From an uncultured Deferribacteres bacterium (GTDB taxonomy: Bacteria; Zhuqueibacterota; Zhuqueibacteria; Zhuqueibacterales; Geothermadaptataceae), in the NCBI GenBank assembly GCA_964014485.1, contig CAXHAT010000226.1, positions 1 to 11,527 of the forward strand: a DNA stretch of 11,527 nucleotides, read 5' to 3'. Made by a program: the position numbers and the translations under genes. The notes under the pieces were generated by a model that saw only the letters and a program-made list of their open reading frames with translations, made no database searches and was not told where the DNA came from. Positions 6,072 through 11,527 of this stretch are shown here, piece after piece; the stretch's first letter is position 1; each line of letters starts with the position of its first letter.

Positions 6072-7028
6072 CTATTTTTTCTTCTTTCCCCAAAACTTTT
6101 CGAGTTTTTCTTTTCTCGTTTTAAGCTCCTTAATTCGCGCCTGAGCTTTCTTCGCGAGCGCACTCTCCGGCTCCAACTCGATCACTTTCTCGAAAGTTTC
6201 GATGTGCAGCGCATGGTCGTCCTTGTTTTTTTTGACGTAGGCTTCAGCCATGTAAAAATAAGGTTCGCCGGACTCAGCGCGAATATTCGTCGCATAACCG
6301 AATTCAGAAATCGAATCCCACAAATCGTCAACGCCGCCCTTTTGGTAAAAACGCCTTCCGCGCGCCATGTGGAGAAAATACTGCGCGTCTTTGTGATCTG
6401 CATTGCTAGCGACGGCTTGCTCAAAGGATTTTATCGCTGCGTCCCACTTGCGTTTATTGTAATGACCTTGCCCCTTCACGAAAGACGCATCCGCGCCGTC
6501 AGACGAAGCTGCAATTTTGGATAAAGCGTCTTTAACAGCGGCGTCCTCCGGTCTGATTTCCGCGGCCCTTTCAAACTCAGCCTTCGCTTTCGCTTGATAA
6601 CCCGTCGCTTGATATTTTTTCCCTCGGGTCAAAAATACATCAAAAGATTCAGGCGTCATTTTTTCCGCGCGTTCAAGCAGTTCCAAGGCTGACCGCAAAT
6701 TTTCTCTGCCTTCCATGCCCTCGGCTTTTTCAACGTAAACATCTGAAAGCGCAAGCTTTGCATCTCTCAACTCTGAATCGACGGCAACGGCGCGTTCGAG
6801 CGCCCAAATTGCGCTGTCCGCCTGGCCGATTTTTGCATAACTTTTCCCCAATAACATTGCGGCTTCGCTGTTTGTCGAATCGCTCAGCATAGCCGCTCGC
6901 AAAATTGGAATCGCGGCGCTATGATTTCCCGCGGACATTTCTTTTTTCGCCAAACTAAGTTGGCTGGAGCCGCCGCAACTAAAAACGACAAATAATCCAA
7001 ATACGAAAAAGATTCTTCTCAAATTCAA
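6072..7028 (-). CDS. Tetratricopeptide-repeat (TPR) lipoprotein
   Basis: Basic N-region, hydrophobic stretch and lipobox-like VFS-C. Multiple TPR-like units (LGKSYAKIGQADSAIWALERAVAVDSE, KGQGHYNKRKWDAAIKSFEQAV). TTG at 7028 has GGAG 6 nt upstream; the ORF track starts at TTG 7040. Confidence 0.85.
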   Translation of the reverse strand: MNLRRIFFVFGLFVVFSCGGSSQLSLAKKEMSAGNHSAAIPILRAAMLSDSTNSEAAMLLGKSYAKIGQADSAIWALERAVAVDSELRDAKLALSDVYVEKAEGMEGRENLRSALELLERAEKMTPESFDVFLTRGKKYQATGYQAKAKAEFERAAEIRPEDAAVKDALSKIAASSDGADASFVKGQGHYNKRKWDAAIKSFEQAVASNADHKDAQYFLHMARGRRFYQKGGVDDLWDSISEFGYATNIRAESGEPYFYMAEAYVKKNKDDHALHIETFEKVIELEPESALAKKAQARIKELKTRKEKLEKFWGKKKK

Positions 7029-7088
7029 AGTATTCTCCAAGTGTAATCGTGATTTTCGCCCAAAAACTATGTACTGCCCGAAGCAATG

Positions 7089-8327
7089 TCAAGGCGAATC
7101 TCCTGATGTTTTTGGCGCAAATTTCAAGGCTCTCATCACGGCGTCGTGCAAAATCGGGCGAAACGCGATGATTTTTCGATTCACGCGCGTCGGATGAACG
7201 CGGTTGGTCAGCAAAATGACAAATAACGACTTATCAGGGTCAACCCAAATCGACGTCCCGGTATATCCGGTATGCCCAAAAGCGCGCATACTCATAAAAT
7301 GTCCGCTGCTGCTTCTCTCTTCGCTTCGCGTGTCCCAGCCAATTGCGCGCGTGCTTTCCTCGACAAGATTTTGACGTTTGGTAAAGGCGGCAATCGTTTG
7401 GCTTAAAATAAAATTGCGTCCCTTGTACTCGCCAGCATTAACCATCATTTTCAAAAATGCGGCCACGTCGGTCGCCGTGCTAAACAAGCCTGCGTGACCA
7501 GCAACGCCGCCCAGAGAAAACGAATTTTCATCATGTACTTCGCCGTGCACAAGGCGGTCTCTCCACTCATCAAGTTCCGTCGGCGGGATTCGGTAGAGCG
7601 ATTGCTTTGGCGGGTTAAAAAACGTCTCCTTCATGCCCAGGGGCTCAAAAATATTCTTCGCGCAAAATTGGTCTAAAGGCATGCCGGAAATCTTTTCGAT
7701 AATCTTGCCGGTTAAAATTATCCCAAGATCGCTGTACCTGGATTCTGAGCGCCGCTCATACTCAAGCGGTTCGGAAAAAATTCGTTGAAGCGTTTCCTCA
7801 GAACTCAGGTTTTCGAGATAATAACGTTTGAACGGCGGCAGCCCGGAGGTGTGAACAAGCAGGTCTCGCACTGTTATTTCCAACTTACCCTCGCCCTGAA
7901 ACTCAGGCAAATATGATTGAACCGGCTTTTCCAGATCGAGCTTTCCACGGTCAACCAGGAGCATTGCAGCCGTCGTGGTCGCGACTACCTTCGTCACGGA
8001 CGCAAGATCAAAAATGGCGTTCAGCGGCGTTTCTTTTTTGTACTCGCCGTACCCCAAAAAGCCGTATGCCTTAAAATGCCTGATTCGATTCTTGTGTGAG
8101 ACCAGCAGAACCGCGCCCGGAAAAACGGAATCGACCAGCGCTTTTCGCATTTGTTCGTCGACGGGGGCAAATTTCTTGCTCGTACGCTCTTGTTCAAGAT
8201 CGAGCTTCACCCCTGAGCTTCCGCAGCCTGCTAAATTAAAAAAACATGCGATTCCGACGCCCCCAAGCGCTTTTTGCGTTAGAGAAAAAGCGTTAGAAAA
8301 CAGGCTCAAACGACGGCGGCTGCGCAT
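7089..8327 (-). CDS. Serine hydrolase of the beta-lactamase class C / AmiE-like family, probable lipoprotein
   Basis: SxxK (LASVTK), YSD (YxN-position motif), HTG triad (FGHTGYTGT), GEVHDEN...GGVAGHAGLFST, LLTNRVHP. Lipobox LAG-C at residue 35. ATG at 8327 follows the STAS stop and has a GGAG RBS; the ORF track start is 8366. Confidence 0.88.
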   Translation of the reverse strand: MRSRRRLSLFSNAFSLTQKALGGVGIACFFNLAGCGSSGVKLDLEQERTSKKFAPVDEQMRKALVDSVFPGAVLLVSHKNRIRHFKAYGFLGYGEYKKETPLNAIFDLASVTKVVATTTAAMLLVDRGKLDLEKPVQSYLPEFQGEGKLEITVRDLLVHTSGLPPFKRYYLENLSSEETLQRIFSEPLEYERRSESRYSDLGIILTGKIIEKISGMPLDQFCAKNIFEPLGMKETFFNPPKQSLYRIPPTELDEWRDRLVHGEVHDENSFSLGGVAGHAGLFSTATDVAAFLKMMVNAGEYKGRNFILSQTIAAFTKRQNLVEESTRAIGWDTRSEERSSSGHFMSMRAFGHTGYTGTSIWVDPDKSLFVILLTNRVHPTRVNRKIIAFRPILHDAVMRALKFAPKTSGDSP

Positions 8328-8329
8328 CT

Positions 8330-8692
8330 CTATTGCTCCCGCCGATGAACGTTCGCGCCTTCCCAAGCTTCGGCGGAGGAGTCGAAGTGCTTGATATATT
8401 TCAGCAGACCGACCATGTCGAAAATTTTCTTAAAATGAGCTGACAGTCCATGCGCGCGCAACTCTTGCCCGGCCTCCTGTGCACTGGTCAGCATCGTGAT
8501 GACGACCGACATCCCGGCGGAATTTATGTATTCTACATCTTCGAAATTCAGGATCAATCGGTGCGCTTTTGCATTCGAGGCTTTTTCATAAGCGGCGTTC
8601 AGTTTTTGCTCGGCGGTGTGGGTCAAGTCACCGGCCATATTTAGAGCGGCAACCTGGCCGTCAAGCTCAAGATTAACGTGAAAATTCTCCAA
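8330..8692 (-). CDS. STAS-domain anti-sigma factor antagonist (RsbV/SpoIIAA-like)
   Basis: GDL...LILNFEDVEYINSAGM carries the phosphorylatable Ser; KIFDMVGL. TTG start with GAGGGAG RBS. Confidence 0.92.
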   Translation of the reverse strand: MENFHVNLELDGQVAALNMAGDLTHTAEQKLNAAYEKASNAKAHRLILNFEDVEYINSAGMSVVITMLTSAQEAGQELRAHGLSAHFKKIFDMVGLLKYIKHFDSSAEAWEGANVHRREQ

Positions 8693-8731
8693 CTTTGAAC
8701 TCCCTCAAGAAATAGTTTATCGGATCGCCGC

Positions 8732-9172
8732 TTACTGGCTTTTGTTAAGCTCCATCACCAAACGGGTCAAATGTCCGCGACTTTTTGTTATACTATACTC
8801 TACGCGTTCGACCAGCTTTTCCATTAAAAAAACGCCCCAACCGCCTGCATTGGCGTCTTTTTTCAGCTTGTTTTCTAAAATCGGTCTTTCAGGATGCGAG
8901 TCCAACCCCCTGCCTTTGTCGCGAATCTCAACTTCCAGAACGTTCTTTTTTACCCGAAAAACAACATTGACGTCCGTCTTTGCGGACAAGTGATTCCCAT
9001 GCTGCATGGCGTTTATGCATGCTTCAGAAACGGCGGTGGAAAGGTCTTCTTGCCTTTCCTTGCTTAACCCGGCGGACTTGGCGAGCTTTACCGCCGTGTC
9101 CATCGCAATTTTTTCGTATCCAAATTGCGACGGTACGCTAAGTTTAATTGTTGTTGGCGCAGACTTTTTCAT
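8732..9172 (-). CDS. RsbW/SpoIIAB-like anti-sigma factor / serine kinase (HATPase_c_2)
   Basis: N-box AVSEACINAMQHG, G1 box IRDKGRG, G2 box GGWGVFLM. Starts 1 nt after the phosphatase stop. Confidence 0.92.
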   Translation of the reverse strand: MKKSAPTTIKLSVPSQFGYEKIAMDTAVKLAKSAGLSKERQEDLSTAVSEACINAMQHGNHLSAKTDVNVVFRVKKNVLEVEIRDKGRGLDSHPERPILENKLKKDANAGGWGVFLMEKLVERVEYSITKSRGHLTRLVMELNKSQ

Positions 9173-9173
9173 T

Positions 9174-10673
9174 TTAGCTAAACTTGGCTAAAACAATCGT
9201 GATATCATCAATATGAGCGGCGTTCTTTGTAAAAGTTTCGGCGTCTTCCACGAGATTGTTCAATTGGTCTAACATGGCGAGATCGCCGTGTTTTTCTATC
9301 GAATTTTTAAAATGCTCAAAACCGTACATTTCACCGGATTCATCGCTCAATTCCACGATGCCGTCAGTGTAACAAACGAGAAGGTCTCCGTTTTGTACAT
9401 CGAATGCTTGTTCGGCGTAATCCACTTCGGGGCGAATTCCAAGTGGAAAACGATCCGCCTCAGATTGAGGCAGGAATTCCGCCTTGCCGCCGCGAAGCAG
9501 AATCGGCATTGTTTGTCCGGCGTTTGTGTAAAAAAGCTTTTTCTCTCTGCGGTCGTAAATCGCCAGGAAAACGGCAACAAACATGTATCGTTGAATGTCT
9601 CGAACAAGTCGTTTATTCGCCAGCTCAAGAATCTTGTCGGTTGAATCGCGCTCGTCCGCTGCAAATCGCAAAGCGCTGAGGGAGCTGCTCATCCCAATGG
9701 CGCCCGAAACGCCTTTGCCGGAAACGTCTCCGATAATCAAGGCGAATCGATTCTCGTCCAGAGGGATAAAGTCATAAAAATCGCCGCCGACCTCCGTGGC
9801 CGGGATGGATTTCGCTTCAATCGTAACGCCGGGGAGATCCGGCTCTCGCTCCGGCAGCATGTCCGATTGTAAACGCCTGGCGATTTCCAACTCCTGCCAA
9901 ACGCGCATGTTCTCACGCAAGTTCGCCAACATGTGGTTGAAGTGTCCGGCCAGCCTACCGATTTCATCTTTCCGTTTGACGGGTATCGTCACGTTCATGT
10001 CGCCGGATGCGACCTTTTTCGTCGCGCCGATCAATTCTTGCATGGGGCGGAACATGCGAATAACAAAAAAATTGGCGATGAGCAGCGATAGAACGCCGAG
10101 CACAATCACCCCGGCTGTTACACGCTCAAAAACCGCGTCGGCCTGACCGTGAAGATCGTCTTCATAACCCGAGGACATAATGACCCAGCCCCACGGCGCA
10201 AAATAAATGTAATGTCCAATTTTTATCGCGCCCTGCCGACCGCGCGCTTCAGTGCCCTGACGATAGGTAATAAATCCGGATTGGCCATGCTCATTCCCGC
10301 CGCCATCGATTTCTTCGAGAACTTGTTTGATGTGCGGAAAATTTCCGATGTAGTTTCCGGCGTCAGTCGGGTGAATGATCAACGTGCCGCGATGCTCCGG
10401 GCGTGCATCGTTGGAAAAGACAAACATGTACCCTTCGTCAGCAATGCTTACGCCCTGAATCGCGTCAATGAGAGCTTCCGCCGGTTCGCCGCCGTTGGTG
10501 TCAAAATAGTTCTGGCATTGCAAAAATGCGTACTGCGAACGACCTTGCAAAAGTTCGCGCGCCAAAGTTTGAATAACTTGCCGCGACTCGCTGATAATCA
10601 GAAATCCCGCGATCAGAAGCGTTGCGACAATGTCGATAATAATGACCAGACTAAGTTTCGTCCGGAGCGTCAT
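9174..10673 (-). CDS. Membrane sensor PP2C/SpoIIE (RsbU-type) phosphatase: TM - Cache-like - TM - HAMP - PP2C
   Basis: Two TM helices. Extracytoplasmic GYMFVF...LIIHP...FAPWGWVI Cache-like signature. HAMP PMQEL...GD...DEIGRLAGHFNHM. PP2C motifs GGDFYD, GDVSGKG, YTDG and DDIT, with metal-binding Asp residues present. Confidence 0.93.
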   Translation of the reverse strand: MTLRTKLSLVIIIDIVATLLIAGFLIISESRQVIQTLARELLQGRSQYAFLQCQNYFDTNGGEPAEALIDAIQGVSIADEGYMFVFSNDARPEHRGTLIIHPTDAGNYIGNFPHIKQVLEEIDGGGNEHGQSGFITYRQGTEARGRQGAIKIGHYIYFAPWGWVIMSSGYEDDLHGQADAVFERVTAGVIVLGVLSLLIANFFVIRMFRPMQELIGATKKVASGDMNVTIPVKRKDEIGRLAGHFNHMLANLRENMRVWQELEIARRLQSDMLPEREPDLPGVTIEAKSIPATEVGGDFYDFIPLDENRFALIIGDVSGKGVSGAIGMSSSLSALRFAADERDSTDKILELANKRLVRDIQRYMFVAVFLAIYDRREKKLFYTNAGQTMPILLRGGKAEFLPQSEADRFPLGIRPEVDYAEQAFDVQNGDLLVCYTDGIVELSDESGEMYGFEHFKNSIEKHGDLAMLDQLNNLVEDAETFTKNAAHIDDITIVLAKFS

Positions 10674-11526
10674 TCGCTTCGCCCTCGTATTTCAAATTCA
10701 TGCGCTCCATTTTTCGCTGCAATCCCAAGCGGCTCAGCCCAAGCCTGCGCGCGACTTCGCTCTTGTTGCCCTTGGCCGATTTTAGTGCGCGGCTAATCAG
10801 CAGACTTTCCAGCCGGTCAACCGCTTCACGCAACGTTTCCGGCATATTGTCCAAATTGAACAAATCCGGCGTCGTTTCTTCCGAAAGGTGCGGTGAAAGA
10901 TGGTCCGCTTCAATCGTTTTTCCTTCATCGGCCAAGGTAACTACGCGCTCGATTTCGTTCTCCAGCTCGCGTATATTTCCCGGCCAGGGATATTTTTCCA
11001 TCACCTGGATCGCTTCAGCGCTAAAGCCTTCCACTTTGTTGTTAAGACGTTGCTGCATTTTTTCGAGAAAATGGCTGGCGAGAACAGCGATATCATCTTT
11101 TCTTTTTCTCAACGGCGGGATCTGAAGCTCTAAAACGCCAAGCCGATAATACAAGTCTTCACGGAAATTGCCAGCTTTGATTTCGGCTTTCAAGTCCTTG
11201 TTTGTTGCAGCAACAACGCGAACGTCGATTTTGATTTCGCGATTTCCGCCGACCCTTCGTACGGTGTGTTCTTGCAAAGTTCGCAAGAGCTTGGCTTGCA
11301 AATTGAGCGACATATCGCCGACTTCGTCGATGAAAATCGTGCCGCCGTCAGCTTGCTCAAAATAGCCGATGCGCTTGGTCACACCGGTCGCCGCGCCGCG
11401 CTCGATGCCGAAAAATTCAGATTCCGCAAGATTTTCAGGGATGGCCGTGCAATTGATCGCCACAAACGGCCCGTTGACGCGAAAACCGGCATTATGAATC
11501 GCCCGCGCCACTAATGCATTGCCCGG
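10651..11526 (-). CDS. NtrC-type AAA+ (sigma54-interaction domain) transcriptional regulator with Fis HTH, 5'-truncated by window end
   Basis: PFVAINCTAIPENLAESEFFG, Walker B IFIDEV, FREDLYYRL, WPGNIRELEN, HTH VARRLGLSRLGL. The frame stays open to the window edge. The 3' end overlaps the phosphatase start by 23 nt. Confidence 0.92.
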   Translation of the reverse strand, partial: PGNALVARAIHNAGFRVNGPFVAINCTAIPENLAESEFFGIERGAATGVTKRIGYFEQADGGTIFIDEVGDMSLNLQAKLLRTLQEHTVRRVGGNREIKIDVRVVAATNKDLKAEIKAGNFREDLYYRLGVLELQIPPLRKRKDDIAVLASHFLEKMQQRLNNKVEGFSAEAIQVMEKYPWPGNIRELENEIERVVTLADEGKTIEADHLSPHLSEETTPDLFNLDNMPETLREAVDRLESLLISRALKSAKGNKSEVARRLGLSRLGLQRKMERMNLKYEGEANDAPDET

Positions 11527-11527
11527 C

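Noticed and set aside
7089..8327. Antibiotic-resistance AmpC beta-lactamase
   Set aside because: It has YSD and HTG rather than YxN and KTG, plus the VHDEN/GHAGLF motifs of the AmiE/esterase-like subgroup. Resistance is not supported.

Overview
Bacterial chromosomal segment with ten co-oriented minus-strand genes. The C-terminal 'QNYPNPFNPST...GQKVRTLV...SGQYFY' sorting tail suggests an FCB-related lineage such as KSB1, Calditrichota or Ignavibacteria (inference). In transcription order: a 5'-truncated NtrC-type AAA+ activator with a variant GAFTGA loop (GAATGV); a partner-switching trio (membrane Cache-HAMP-PP2C phosphatase, RsbW-like kinase, STAS antagonist) with no sigma factor in view; a SxxK serine hydrolase lipoprotein; a TPR lipoprotein; an intrinsic terminator; an orphan sigma54-dependent response regulator; a LytTR regulator with a degenerate receiver; a secreted 7-bladed FG-GAP propeller; and a YgdQ-type TerC protein. 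The most striking unannotated signal is a ~190-bp non-coding hairpin element with CTACCTGACACTT termini. It occurs as three long copies (1-175, cut by the window edge; 992-1177; 5711-5905, inverted) plus a probable ~50-bp hollowed-out derivative (6009-6058). It has nested inner palindromes, strand-specific G-T pairing and C-TA...TA-G ends. Two copies bracket the TerC gene and one fills most of the region upstream of the response regulator.
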